Positions 9,370 through 23,175 of a stretch of 50,188 nt of DNA are shown one piece after another (position 1 is the stretch's first letter; each line of letters opens with the position of its first letter). Under the pieces are notes generated by a model, which had not been told where the DNA came from, did no database searches, and saw only the letters and a list, made by a program, of their open reading frames with translations. This stretch comes from Kipferlia bialata. Taxonomy: Eukaryota. Location of the stretch: assembly GCA_003568945.1 (NCBI GenBank), contig BDIP01000009.1:1-50188 (forward strand), read 5' to 3'. The translations under genes and the position numbers were made by a program.

Positions 9370-12300
9370 GATGGGGCCAATGGATACATACAAGTGAAGT
9401 GGCAAGGAAGCATCAGAGAGTTATGGCAACAAACAGAACACTGTGGCATGGTACCTGTGCAGTGTGACAAGTGGTGGTGTATGGCCGAGTAGACACAGTT
9501 GGTGGGTGCCCTGTCCCCTATCTGCACACTGCCACACCCCAGGTTGATACACACACCCTGGCCGCAGAACAGACACAGGGCCTTGGCCTCGTGACAGGTG
9601 GTGCACAGGTGGGACTGGGGTGGGGCATGGAATATAGATAAAGTCTGCATGGGAGGTAGAGACACACTGATGTACCACACTGATGCATCTTCTATATATA
9701 TATCTACCCCCACCTTTGAATAGTCGATGGCTGCCAGGGATGTGTTGAAGGGTAGACCCTTGAGGATACCGAGGGGTGCAGACACAGGGCTGTCCGGGTG
9801 TGCAGACAGGTATAGGTGGGGTCTGGACAGCATGGTCACCAGGGGGGAGAGGGTGTCACCTCCGCCACTGAAGGTCAGAGGGGATAAGCATTGTTAGGGT
9901 GAAAACACAATACATAGGTGTACACACATTAGAGACACAGTTCTGTACCTCGCCTCAAGGATCGCCCTTATGTCGGGTCTGCTCTGCTGTATGTGGGTCT
10001 GCATGGAGTGCTCTGTCCTGAAGAGAGGGGTCGAGTCCAGCCCCGTCTGGGCAGCCTTGAGAGAGCAGTATAGCACAGTCTCTAGGCCTACAACACGGGA
10101 GGTGCGGGCCAGGTTGGCCACCTGGGGTGGGGGACACTAATAGACAGAACATGAATATGCACACACAATAAAAAATTACATATACATCCACCTCCCCCCA
10201 CCTTCTCGAGCAGGGCATGTGCCATGGGCAGTGCCTCTGGGGCCAGGGGGTTGATGAAGGGGGCAGTGCCCACAGCAGCATCCACCAGGACCAGACGGCA
10301 GTAGGCAACGGCAGCCGCAACAGGGTCCTGAAATGAGGATCAAAGTATAGAGTAGGATGCATGATATACAGTATAGATGAACATAGATACAATGAATAAT
10401 GCATGTGTCACTAGAGTATGAATGGATATCTCTCTCCCACTCACCGTCTGGGTACTAGCCGCTGTGAAGAGAGACGACTTGAGGGAGAGCACAAACTGTC
10501 CCCTGGGGTAAGGTGAGATATAAAGAGAGACAGGCTAAGCCTCCACCAGTCAAACACTTCAACATACTAGATACTAGATACACACGTGTTGTAGACATCC
10601 TCCCATACCTGACTGTGGGGCATGTGATGATCTTGAGGGCTGCCCCGACAGCGGACACCATGTGAGAAGTGAGCACAGTCAGTCTGGGGGTTATGGTGAA
10701 GTGGAGATGTGTATGTGATGTGTGTAAGGGTGTACCTTCCGAGCACTGACGCTGCCCTGTTAACGGCCTCTCCCTGCTCCACCCCGTCTGAGGGGGAGAG
10801 GGGCACGGTGGACTGGGGTGAGGGGGAGGAGGGGTTTTGATAGATGAACACTCACACTAAACATACACTAATACACATGCTGTCATTGAGGATGTGGGTA
10901 TATGTGACATGTATATTAATGGACATCTTGGTGACATGCATCGTATACTCCTCACTGTACCTGGCAGGCCGTGAGTATGGAGTAGAGACACGAGTCCAGA
11001 CCCACAATCATGAGGAGGGGGAGGCGACGGGTAGGGTCGTCCATAGCCCTAGGGGTCAGAGAGGGGGGCACATACTCATATATATACAATACACCGCACC
11101 TCATTGATATCTGTGCCACTGTGTGTCCTGGGACAGGTGCCCCTGTGAGTCTACAGGTCAGGAGCTTGGCCAGGGTGGACACTGCGTCTTGGGGTGTGGG
11201 GTGGGTGGGCAGGATGAGGGTGGCCCTGCCTCTGCACAGGGGGCAGATCATCTGGGTGGACTGGGGTGAGGGTACTAGTGGCATAGACAATGTGGGATGC
11301 TTGGCAAACATAGAAACAAGAGAACACACACTTCTACAGTGCATACCCCCACCTGGTCCTTGAGTGTCTTGGCACACTCGCAGTGGATGTGGTGGCCACA
11401 CGAACTGAGAAGGAGGTTGGACTGCTTGAGGAACACAGCTGGGGGTGAGGGGGGATACTGTATGATATTATCTAAAAATCTCCAGTAGAAGCGGATGTAT
11501 ACTCTGTATCTATATATCTATAGACATATATACCTGGCTGTATCATGCTGTCCATGGGTGTGTCTAACATCTATATATATATCCATCTATCTATATATCT
11601 ATGTATACACATATACATATATACCTGGCTGTATCATGCTGTCCATGGGTGTGTCTGGGACAGATGGGTCGAGGAGGTACTTGCTGTTGCCATCGCAGAA
11701 GGCAGACACAGGGAACACACCCTCGGGGGCTATGCGGTACACAAGACCTAGGGTGAGAAGAGTAAACAACAGGGTCCAAATAGAGTATATGGTATACACA
11801 CACAAACACACACATATATATACCTGGGTCTGTCTGTCCGAAGTACAGCTGCCTGGCCGTGTATGCGGCAGGCCCCTTCGTAGTGAGCACGTCCTGCCCA
11901 GCCTTGTCCAGGACACTGCCTAGGGGGTTAGTACATTACAGTGTATATGCACCGGCAGCACTTGCCCCCAATCATGCGTCCACCCCTACCTATAATGGAG
12001 CTGTTGGCAGCTGGCACTGCATAGTCCAGCCCGGACAGGAGAGAGGAGTACGTCACGGTGAACAGCATGCCCACTGGCTTAGGGGCAGGGGGTGAGTGGG
12101 GGGCAGTATCCAGGGAGGGACTCACAGGCATGGTCTCCTGGGGGGGTCAGGAGACATGCATACGCACATATATCTGCTATACTTCCTGTAATACACAAAT
12201 ATATGTAGAGAGAGAGACATACACCCACCTGGCATGCCGGGCACACTGCCTTTGGCCCCTCTGCCTCCTCCGAGTCATCCCCCTGGGCCATCTCCTCGGC

Positions 12301-15300
12301 CCACCTGGGGGGTGAGGGACAAATATCATTATACCGAGTCGGAGAGATGAGGAAGTACACGGCCGTTAATGTAGATACATGCATATTTACACAGCCGTAC
12401 TTGCTCTTTGCATTGGATGTGAGTCCCTTCATCATGGCGAGTGCCCTGGCATGTGCCTGTGTCCTCATGGAGAGGGCACGCTCATCATCGACACCGGTGC
12501 GGAGACCGCCTGAGGGTAAGGGGGGTAATAATACAATAGTACAAGAAACACATGTGCTTCACATACCTATGCACTCAGCCGCAGAGGGAGAGAGAGAGGA
12601 GACGGCGCTCATGAGGTGGGAGACCCAGGCACCTGTGAAGAAGGGGAGACGCTCCTAGGGTGAGAGGGAGGACGATAGATCAATATCAATATCAATACAG
12701 ACACAGGCACATACACAGACACCCCCACCTTGGATAGGTTGAGCAGTCTGCCCAGGATGGACCTGAGGGTGACCTCGGACAGGGGGTCTCTCTCTCTCTC
12801 CCCCTCTGCCTCTGCCCCTGGTCCCTCCCTGACCCCATACACCCCTGTGTCCAGCATCTCGTCTATGGGGGTGATGCCGGGGAAGGGCCACTCAAGGCCA
12901 TTCTGCACTGACCTAGCGGCCTCGGTGGCTAAGGGGTGAGGGGTGGAATGTGGGTATTCATATATGGTATATCACTAGTGGACAAGCATGATGCGATGCG
13001 TACCTATTGTGAGCACCCTGAGTGCAGACATGAATGCATCACTGGACAGGTGGGGGGTGTCTGTGACCCATAGGTACAGGGTCATGACAGCAGTGAGCAC
13101 AGAGTCAGGCAGACAGGCCAGGGCCACACGGCTGCACACCTGGGGTCAGACTAGGGTATGATCACACACCGAATGGTTCCTCAATCAGTATATACTCTAT
13201 TTTACATCCCCCCCACCTTTCCCTCCGGTGTCCCTGGGCTAGGGGCAGGTAGGGACAGGACGGATGGGGGGATCTGCACTGTCTTCCCTAGTCTCTCTAG
13301 GAGGGTCTTGAACAGATCCTGGGGTGAGGGATGGACATAGTCAGTGGCATATCCAACAAACACATACACACCTGTGTGTTGCTGATGGTGTTGCCCCAGC
13401 AGGGTATGGTTCTGAGTGCCTCCTCTCTCAGACGGAACTGGCCTGGGGGTGGGGGGGGGGGAGGGGGACAGTAGTATGAACATAATGACATATACACCAG
13501 TATACTCGGTACCTGGCTCCTGCTTGACACTGGGCACGTGGTCTACATGTCTAAGCACAGCGGATGATGAGTCGAAGAAGCGCATGGAAGAGAAGATGCT
13601 GCCGATGGACTGAGGGTGAGGTGGGAGGAGGGCTGGTAAATACAGGAGTATAGCTGTATTCACAGTACAGCCCACACTGCGTGTGAACAATGTAGCCCAT
13701 ACCCCGTAGACCACCGACGGTGCCACCCCCCCCTTGGCCAGTATGCCGTGGAGGATGGAGACCATCACAGACTCGGGGTCAGCAGGGTCAGTCCCAGTCT
13801 CAACCACGTTAAGCAGGAGACGCAGGGCAATCGAGAAGAGGGGGCCGTATCTGTCGGAGTCCTCAGGACAGTCCTTCTGGGGGGGTCAGATACAAGGCAC
13901 AGGGGAGAGGGATTCAACACTGGTGCACGGTGAGAGGGTATATATAGAGGGTGTGGTGACTGTACCTGCTCCACGAACTTCCTCTCCCCTGCCCACATGA
14001 CCCCAGTCTCCTGAAGAAGGGCACGCACCACAGACCTGGGGTGAGGAATGATACTGATACGTAGCATGGATGAGGAAGTGCACATGAATGGATATAGGAT
14101 ATATTCACACCCCACCCCCCCTCACCTTGGGCTTATCCTGGCCATGTGCTGTATGAGGCTGATGTTGTAGCACGATATGTACACCATGGACGAGGCGTAG
14201 GACTGGTTCGAGAAGGTGAGGTGCTCAGAGACAAACTCCTGGGGACGGCCGTTCCTGACGTAGTACCGCAGCCTCACCATGTGGCCCATGATCATCTCCC
14301 TGGGGTGAGGGGTGAGGGGTGGGGGGACACTATAATACATCACCAGATTCTCTTCTCATATGTATATGTATACCCACCTCATGGGGTGCAGGGCCACCAG
14401 CATTGGCACAGGTGACTCCTCGAGGGAATCAACGTCACACTGCACAAGGGACGCTGAGCACAGGGCCTGGGGGTGGGGTAAACCGATAAGGTGTAGTATG
14501 GGATTGGAGCAGATAGTACCTCGAGTATAGCCCCTCCGTCGGCACTCTCGAACAGTGTCTTGCTGTCCATGCCGATGTGCACACAGGATGACAGGAGCAT
14601 AGAGAGGGTGCGGTGCAGGGGGAGGGGGTACTGGGGTAAGGTGAGTCAGAGGTATGGCGGGTATGGTGGGTAGCGACATGAATAGTACCTCATACAGATA
14701 GACCGAGTAGAGCTCTGGCTTGTCACCACCGTCAGTGGTCTGGAAGGAACTGGGGTAAGAAGGCGTGAGTTGTATAACACACGAGCGCACATAGTGTATA
14801 CTAATGTACATACAACACACATACCCTGGGCAGTGCTGGCCGTGGGTAGCTGGCAGGAGCAGCCCGCTCTCCTTGTCATCGACTAGGAGGTCGGAGGTGA
14901 GCCTGGGTGAGAACAGATAGAGGTAGGTTTAGAAGACATCCTTCATGTATATCGGAAATACATCTTACTCTTATACAAATACAATCCCCCCCACCTCTGT
15001 GCCACCTCGTCGGGTGCTGACTGGGATATGGTGACCCTCCTCAGGTTACACAGCCAGTGCGACAGGAAGAGCAGGGTGGAACGGGTCACACTGCGGTCAG
15101 AGAGAGGGCTAGAGGTGGTATGCACATAGACTCATGGCACATACCGTGTGTACACTGTGACAAGTTCCTGGGAGGGAGAGTTGGAGGGGGCGATGGTGCC
15201 ATACTTGTAGGAGTATGCCTCCAGCCACTCGGGAGGGGGGGACAGGCCTAGCTTGGCAGCCTCACTGGGGGTGAGGGATACACGTTGATACTCACTTTCA

Positions 15301-18015
15301 CTTATGATTCATTGTCCATAAACAGAGGTGCCCACACCTGAACATTGGCAGCATTGAGTATCCGTACTCGTTGAGGCAGAACTGCTTCAATACGGCAATG
15401 TCAGTGTCCTGGGACCTAGGGTCGGAGAGCGAGTGAAGAGAACCAAAGCTGTCTAAGACACTACACACTCCGGGTACCTGATGAAGGGTCCGCTCTTGAG
15501 TCTCCTGGACTCTGCTGACCCCTGTATCTGGTAGAGCATCCACATGAACAGGACCCACTGGCCTGGGGACCGGAGAAGGAGGTCCCTGGCGACCTAGGCA
15601 TCAGTACATGTATGTACTCAGTATAGACATCCAAGCATCACAAGTTACCGGTAGCAATACCGATACAGACAGTATAGTCCTTGGCCTCCTTGAGCATACC
15701 TTGACGTTCTTGAGCAGGATGTACATCTCCAGTCTGGAGTAGACCAGGCTGGCTGGGGGGTGAGGGGGAGGAGAGGGTATGGCGGTAGGGGGAGACCTCT
15801 AGATGGATTTGGCGTATTCCACATATACATACACACCCACCTATCTGGCATGACTGCACTGCCTTGCCATCGATGGGTCTGGCCACTAGAGAGGCACGCT
15901 CGGTGGGGCTGTCACCCCTCCTCAGCAGCTTGTTCAGAAGGCCTGGGGGTTAGAGTGTTTATGTACCCTACGACACACCTATGACCATACCTGCTCTGGG
16001 TGTCCCCCCTGCCCCTGGTCCGTCAGCCCCCTCTAGGCCGTTGATCAGGAAGTCCAGGGCATGCACCCCCCCCTGGCCGGATATGTGGCAGGGATACTCA
16101 CAGTCAGACCTTGGTCAGAGGGGGGGGGGGGAGGGGGGTTCAATGTGTCTATATGTCTCAAGTATATACCAACCCACCTCTCGTCTGAGTATGCACAGTG
16201 CACAAGAGCCTTGAGGTGCTGGCCAAACCTGGGGTCAGTATCTATGAATCATCAGGTGTATATTGCTGATCTGTTATCTCACCTGGTGCTCCCCTTCAGT
16301 GCGAAGGGTGAGGAGGGGGGTGGGAGGGGGACAGCGGCAGAGAGACAGTGGCCAAGGAGGGACATGGAGGCCAGAAGCTAGGGGGTGAGAGGGGAGGAAG
16401 AGGAAGATGGAGCTTCCACCACAAGAGAACCCACCTGTCCGTGCATGTCTGTCTCCCCTGCCCTGTATGCTATGCTACCCTCAGGCAGCATCTGGAAGTA
16501 GAGGTCGGCTATCTTGACCAGACCGGGGTGGTACAGGCCTGGCAGTGAGGGAGAGGAATACTCATAGTGTGTGTCGATATTGAGAGTTGACAATATCCAA
16601 TCCATCCACACAACGTGTAACTGGACGTGTTGAGAGCATCCCATCCAACTACACAGAGAGTCACTTCTCCATCCGGGTCAGCATACATACAGTCCCAATA
16701 CTATATATACATGTGTGCCAACCTGACTTGGTCCCCAGCCCCCCTGGGCCACTGAAGGCATCGAGCAGCTGGGCAGTGTGGTTGCCTGAAGGGTTAATGG
16801 GAAGAGGTAACGGCAATGCATGTGGATTAAAGTATCTAGGGACCACATTCACACATATCGTAAGCAACTAAGACGAGAGTCTTACTGCCACGCACCCTGT
16901 GGGTTAGCCAGGAACTGCCTGACGCTGTTGGACACGTCAGGTGGGAGGTAGGTGGCTATGAGTGCTGACAGGAGGTGGGGTACATTGGCCCCGTACCAGT
17001 AGGCGAGGAAGCACTCGAAGTAGGGCTCAGTGACCTAGGGGGTTAGTAGTGGATACATGTATTTGCATACATATATATATGCACTGACTCTCCCACCCAC
17101 GTACCATCTCGTATATGAACGACCCTATCCTCTTGAGGTTGTTGCTGAAGTTGAGTCTGAACATGACTGCTCCCATGGCCATGCCTGGGGGTGAGTGTTA
17201 CAACGCACTATACTAACACTGTACACACTTGACCCTGACGTTGTACCATATACACTATCCTAGTTTTGAGAGTATTCTCACCTAGCGACTGCGTGGCCCT
17301 GCTGATGTCTGCGGCACAGTCCGTGGCATCGTTGGGAGGGGGAGACCCAGCTGGCACGAAGGACTGGATCAGCCCAGCAACCTCCTGAAGGGTGAGACAC
17401 AGTATGGCACAATACATACCATCCCTACTACATACCTCGCAGTGGTATGGCTCTGTGAAGTGCACGTCCTGCTTGATCAACAGCTGGGCAAAGGTGGTGG
17501 TGGGGGTGACACGCCTGGAGGGTAGGGGGAGGTCTAGGGGTATTAGTATGCCATAGTATGCATGATGCATGTACACCCCCTACCTCGAGAGCACCAGCCC
17601 CATGATGTGTCTGAGGCAGTCTGAGCCCTTGATTGCCATGTCAACCATGCCAGACAGGTCAGGCCGCATACCCCTGCCAGACACCACGATGCAGTGCACA
17701 GAGACAGACACACAGTAGGCAGCTAGCAGCACCTGGGGGTCAGTACTACGCAATGATTGAAGATAGGTACATACACACACGTCCTGTCCTTAGTACCTTT
17801 GCCTCCACACTGAGAGGCTCTCCATTCCTCATTGTCAGATCAGTGGGGTCATCATGAACAGTCAGACCTGAGGGGGAGAGAGGAGAGAGAGAGAGAGAGA
17901 CTTATCATATCAGATGAGAGGGTGACCCCCACCTGTGTGGTTGGGGCAGAATCCCTCTGGAGACATGGTTGAACAGTCTCCACAGTCACACTTGCCACCT
18001 GACACCTTGTAGTAT
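9370..18015 (-). CDS. UBR1/UBR2/PRT6-like N-recognin E3 ubiquitin ligase, many exons; 5' part (first half of UBR box) and extreme 3' end missing
   Basis: UBR-box C-half YYKVSGGKCDCGDCSTMSPEGFCPNH (exon 18015-17933); split RING-H2 AVCPACQ (~12240) ... SSCGHHIHCEC (~11390) ... MICPLCRGRATLILP (~11240); C-terminal Cys-rich domain CTTCHEAKALCLFCGQGVC...IHHHLSHC (~9620-9460). Domain order matches UBR1. Confidence 0.88.
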
Positions 18016-18036
18016 CTGAGGGGTGAGGGAGAGATA

Positions 18037-18078
<42 letters not shown>

Positions 18079-18175
18079 CCCCCCCCCCCGGGGGGGGGGG
18101 GGGGGGGGGGGGGGGGGTAGGAGCGGGCAGAATGTATATATACTATATATATACTATACTATATAAACCACATAC

Positions 18176-19463
18176 CTCCATGACATCTGCCACGTGAGCC
18201 CAGGACTGGTAGTTGAGCAGAGAGGCAGTGTCGAGAATGACGGTGTGGATGCTGCTGAGAATGGCCACCCCTCCCCTCTGGGCCAGGAGCAGCTTGAGGT
18301 TGAGGGGGGAGGCCACAACGATGTCGCACCCCCTGATATCTCCATACACCCTACACCGCCTGGGACCTCCCTTCCCAATGGACAGGCCGTATCTAAAGTT
18401 ATCGTCACTGTTTCCGGCAAATGTCTGCCTCCAGTCAAATGGAATCACCCTACCCACATGGTGCTCTGGCTCAGAACCTGGCACTGTCTGGGTGTCTGTC
18501 TCAATATCGTCTGGCAGGAGGTCTGACCCATTGATGTAGTCTCCCTCCAGCGGTGCCAGCTCCTCCTCCAGCTTGCCAAGTCCCATCGTGTGGGTGGGGG
18601 TGAGCCCCGGCATCAGGGCCAGCATGTGCTGGGCATACCGGAACCCAATGTGCCGGGTGGGCACAAGGATCAGCACACAGGGCCTGGTGTATCCAGAGTC
18701 CCTCACCTCAGTCACCCTCTCCACCTCTGGCCCTGGGGCTGCATCTGCCTCAGCCAGACCCCCCTCCTCTAGTGTAGCCTTGTCGGAGGCCTCCCCCTCC
18801 GATGACCCCTCCTCCTCCTCCTCCTCGGCAGCAGTGCCGATGGCCAGTGCCTGTGAGTTGTCGTTCCTCCTCTTCCACGTCCTGATGGCCATGTCCACGG
18901 CATGAAGGGCCACAGCCTCCCTGCACACGTTGGATGTGAACTGGGAGTCCGCACACAGCATAGCCACATCAGCCCTAGTCCTCAGCAGGGGCAGCATCAG
19001 CCTGTGCAGAGACCCCAGGGGCCCATGGGGCATGTCTGGTCTCTGGGCCACACTGTGCATGTTCTGGAACCCGGCAGCAACACGGGGCAGCACCCCTAGG
19101 GAGGCAATGTCATCCTCCTCGGTGGTCTCGCCACTGCCCCGCAGAGTGAGAGGGAAGACTGAGGAAGAGAGGGAGTGTGCCCGAGGAGTGGCAGACACAC
19201 GCACAGACACACCGGTGTCTGACTCCTCGTCTGGGAGGGACAGATGCACAGAGTGTGCGGCAGGGAGGAGAGAGAACCCCCGCCTCTCTGCCTCATAGAG
19301 TGTGTCCTCCTCAGGGGTCAGCTCATCCCAGAGGTGGTGCTCTGAAGTGAGGCCAGTGCTGATACACACGTACCAACAGTCCCAATACCAAAAAGTTAGA
19401 GTGGTACACACCTAATAGGCCTGGTAAAGTGTCCGGAAGGTCACCCGACCCACCAGTCGACAT
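18176..19463 (-). CDS. UTP25: U3 snoRNP/SSU processome protein Utp25 (DEF/DIEXF), exons 19463-19412 and 19341-18176; C-terminal part missing
   Basis: Motifs RDSGYTRPCVLILVPTR, FAGNSDDNFRYGL, DIVVASPLNLK, LSSIHTVILD...QSWAHV. A phase-1 intron joins MSTGGSGDLPDTLPGLL to EHHLWDE; donor GAG|gtatgt at 18176/18175. Confidence 0.9.
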
Positions 19464-19596
19464 GAGAATCCAAAAGAGAGAGACTGGACCGAGATACGGA
19501 TTCCGGGAATCGGGATTAACAAAAGGGTCCGGTGCTTCAAAAAGACAGCTCAAGTACTTGAGTCAAGGTTGGACTGTCTACTCTAGGCACATTAAC
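19464..19596. promoter_or_regulatory. Short (133 bp) divergent intergenic region, putative bidirectional promoter for UTP25 and the HIT gene
   Basis: Opposing ATGs at 19463 (-) and 19597 (+). Confidence 0.55.
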
Positions 19597-19696
19597 ATGG
19601 CTGACTGTATCTTCTGCAAGATCATCGCTGGGGATATCCCTTGCCACAAGGTGTACGAGGATGAGGATGTCCTGGCATTCCTCGACATTGACCCAG
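19597..19696 (+). CDS. HIT (histidine triad, HINT-like) family protein, first exon only; remainder including the HxHxH motif not found
   Basis: MADCIFCKIIAGDIPCHKVYEDEDVLAFLDIDP followed by donor CAG|gtggga is the canonical HINT N-terminus. Confidence 0.9.
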
Positions 19697-20059
19697 GTGG
19701 GACATTCTCATTGATATACAGTGTCACTGGTCTCTCTCTTATGTTTTGTCTGTACTTGCGTTGTCAGGTCTCAGCTCTACATAACAGTGGATCCATGAGT
19801 ACATACAAGTAGTTCTCTCTTTCTCTCTCGGTCTCTCTCAGTCTCTCTCTCTCTGTCTCTCTCTCTCTGTCTCCCCCCCCCCCCCCCCCCCCTCTCTCCC
19901 TCTACACACGCTAGACCCTGTGATTCTTGTATACATGTTATCTCCGTTATACTTCCCGTGGAGAGTCTCCCCATATACACCACTTTGCGCATTGGCATCC
20001 TCCCCGATGCATGTCTGTAACCCATATATATACCCGTTCATACCCCCCTCTCCCTCCAG

Positions 20060-20415
20060 GCCCCACCACTGAGTCTCTGGCCTCTGTGCAGAGGTATATG
20101 AACGATGTGGCTGCACTGTCAGCATTGCTCACAGGTACTTTGATACTGATACTTGTATAGATATGTGTATATACACTGATACTGACACTGATACTGTCAG
20201 CAATGCTCAGAGGTACTTGTGTAGATATATGTATATATTTGTATCCTATGCCCTCAGTCTATGCCCTCAGGTGTGTCCTATAGTATCAGTGTGCATTGAT
20301 ACCCCCACCCACCCCCAGCCCCCCTCGATGCCTATCTACAGTCATACACGCAGGCCGTGAGGGCCCACTCTGCAGCGTGTGTCACGGCAGTGCAGATGAG
20401 GTATGGATGGGTGGG

Positions 20416-20446
<31 letters not shown>

Positions 20447-22548
20447 TGGGTAGTGGCCCTGGGTATGTGTGTGCATGCATGAATATACAGTGTGACCCAT
20501 GTGCCTCCTGCATGTGTCACAGAATAGACAGTGCAGACGAATATCGATTCCCTATGGGTGTGTACATACCTATATGTGTGGGTGCGCTTTGAATGTGAAG
20601 GACCGTGCACTCTCTCACCATCAGGCTGGTCCTTCCCCCCTTCCCCGTCCCCCCACCTCCCCCCCCTGCCATAGAGGCAGTGCTAGGTATATACCGATAC
20701 AGTATATATGTGATAGTTCCTGGTGTGCATGTACGCCGTGTATAGTGTACTATAAGTATTTCAGAACCTCCTGCCGTAGCGACGGTGCTAGGCGTGTATA
20801 GGATATAGCGCTTTGTATACAGTGTATGCAGTGTAGGTGAAATGGCAGCATATGGCATATGTATACACCACTGCCGCTGAATCCTATCTTGCGATACAGT
20901 GGCTACAATATCGAGCTGTCACTCTGACCCCCAGCCCAGTCGACGGGTCTGACCCTCAGCCACCCCACCCCCACTATGTGCATGGCATATGCTAGGTGTG
21001 CATATGTATGTATGTATAGTTGAGAGTCTATATATGTATGTATATCTCATATTCTCTACCCATGTGGACATGACTGCTGGTGTATATATGTATCATGTCA
21101 TCGGTAGGAGATATAGTGTGTATGCTTGTGGCGCGTATTTTACTGTTTGTCTCACATCCTAGGGACGTGCTCTGCAGCTGGGTGCAATCATACTCCCAGG
21201 GGTCTAATCCAATGATGGGCGGCCTAACACGGGCCCTGATTCCTATTCTTGCCCCACTATGTATGCATGAGGTATATATATTTGTGAAAGTGATAGGTGT
21301 GTATCTATCACTTTGCAGGAAGTATATAAGGGTCTTTGTGTTTATGAGTCCATGCCTTGTATTGTGGGTCCTCACACTATTTCATAGTTACACCTCCCCT
21401 CTCCCTCTCCCATCCCAGGCTCTGCATCTGGGGTATACACCTTTCACGGCCTCCCCTTCCCCGATATCTACCCCCTGGGCCTTGCTGGCCACCCCTCCCC
21501 TGCCCCCCCCTCTCTCTCCCTCCCTCTACCGCGCCGTCCTCTCCCACTACACCCCCCTCCTCAGCAGCGGGTGTCTGCTCGTGGACAGTGTGTGTGACGC
21601 ATATGTGCAGATACTGGGGGAGAGGGTGCCGCAGGGAGAGAGAGAGAGAGACGGGGCAGGGCCTGTGTCTGAGGGCCAGGACCCTGTGGTGGATGCCATT
21701 GTGGCCTGTGTCACCTTCTGGATGGGCCAGGCAGAGGGGGGGGACTCACCCCTCGCAGTGTCCAGGTATGGATGTGTGTGCATCAGTATGTATGCATCAG
21801 CATGCATCAGTATGTATGTATCAGTATGTATGTATCAGTATGTGTGCATCAGTGTGTATGTATCAGGGTGTATACATCGCAGTGTCCAGGTATGTATCAG
21901 TGTCAATGGGGGGTGGTGTTGATGGGATTGCATGAGTTGATTGGTTATTATGTGTACAAGTATATCTAAGTATCTGTATGGTGTGTGGTGGCTAAGTCCA
22001 GGAAGGGCGTATTTTGAAGTCATATATATGTGTGTTTTGCTATACATTTACCTGTATTACCCCCACCCCCCTGGTACTAACCCCTTCAGGATAGTCGATG
22101 CGTGCATGCGGTGTGTAGAGGTCATGGGGCAAAGAGGGTATGAGAGTGTATACATACACTATGGATACTATGTATACTCTGGATACATGTATGTATAGAT
22201 ACACCTGTGTGGAGATGTCAAGGAGGGTATACATTCTGTATACATAGTGTTTCGATATACCTTGTATACTGTACTCTGAGTACATACCATATGTATAGTC
22301 ATAGATGTACTTGTGGGTGGGTGTGGGCATGGGATAAGGTATCCCGGAGTGCCTGTGCTCGGTTTTTGCTTTGCGGCCACTATATATATGTGTATGGATG
22401 GATACACCTAACCCTAGGTATGGTTTGCGGTCCAGGGAGGTATATCGTATATACATATACAGTGCATGTTATCCTCTCAGTGTCTCCCCACCCCAGATAT
22501 GGTCTGAGGGGAAGAGCAGCCCAGCTATACAGACGGATAGGCCGGTAG
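20060..22548 (+). CDS. Hypothetical multi-exon protein (3' portion), no recognisable family
   Basis: GC-rich exons bounded by cccag/GT signals (for example starting at 20060, 20329, ~21163, 21419, 22090, 22497), ending ...YGLRGRAAQLYRRIGR* at 22548. Not all phases resolved. Confidence 0.6.
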
Positions 22549-23175
22549 CAGGATAGATAGGGTGACAGTGCGTGGTGTCTATGGAATGCCCTGTAATTGA
22601 TGGGCGATGACATTGATTCTGTATTGATGGGCGATGACATGGTGAGGTTCCCATGGGATGTCTGGGATTATTCATTGTCTTATGGCTGTAGTCATATGCA
22701 TCTATCAGCCGAGTTGGATCAGAGCTACATCCCAGGTATAAGGCCATTATAGAATCGCTCGAAACTGTTTGGCAACGTCAATATGTACATTCATTATGTA
22801 TGACAGTAATAGTATATGGCTAGGCTCCTTCATGAAGATGTGACAAATACAGTCACCCTGCCGGCTCCTCCCCCAACTCCAATACCATCACCAACCCATG
22901 ACTTGACACCAACAGGGCTCTGATGTTGGACAACGCAATCATCAATCAATCACCGAAGTGACCGACCATGGCTACGATCTGTCGTCTATACTATATAGAC
23001 TCTATAACATAGACTCTATATTGTCAACAGGTGCCACAGAAAGTGAGTGTGACTTCCAGCCAGAGTCTGATGTGTGGCTCCTTATGTGTGGGTCGCTACT
23101 AACGTCTCGTTAGAAACGATATGTTTTGTCATGGCTCCGACTTCAGGGACGTTTACAGTGTTCTCCTGGAGACCG

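Noticed and set aside
9400..12300. Cys-cluster (KDZ/CxC) transposase
   Set aside because: The Cys/His motifs fit UBR1 RING-H2 and C-terminal domains in the proper order, and no DDE core was seen.
17933..19463. In-frame UTP25-UBR1 fusion gene
   Set aside because: The donor is phase 0 and the acceptor phase 2, so direct splicing is out of frame.
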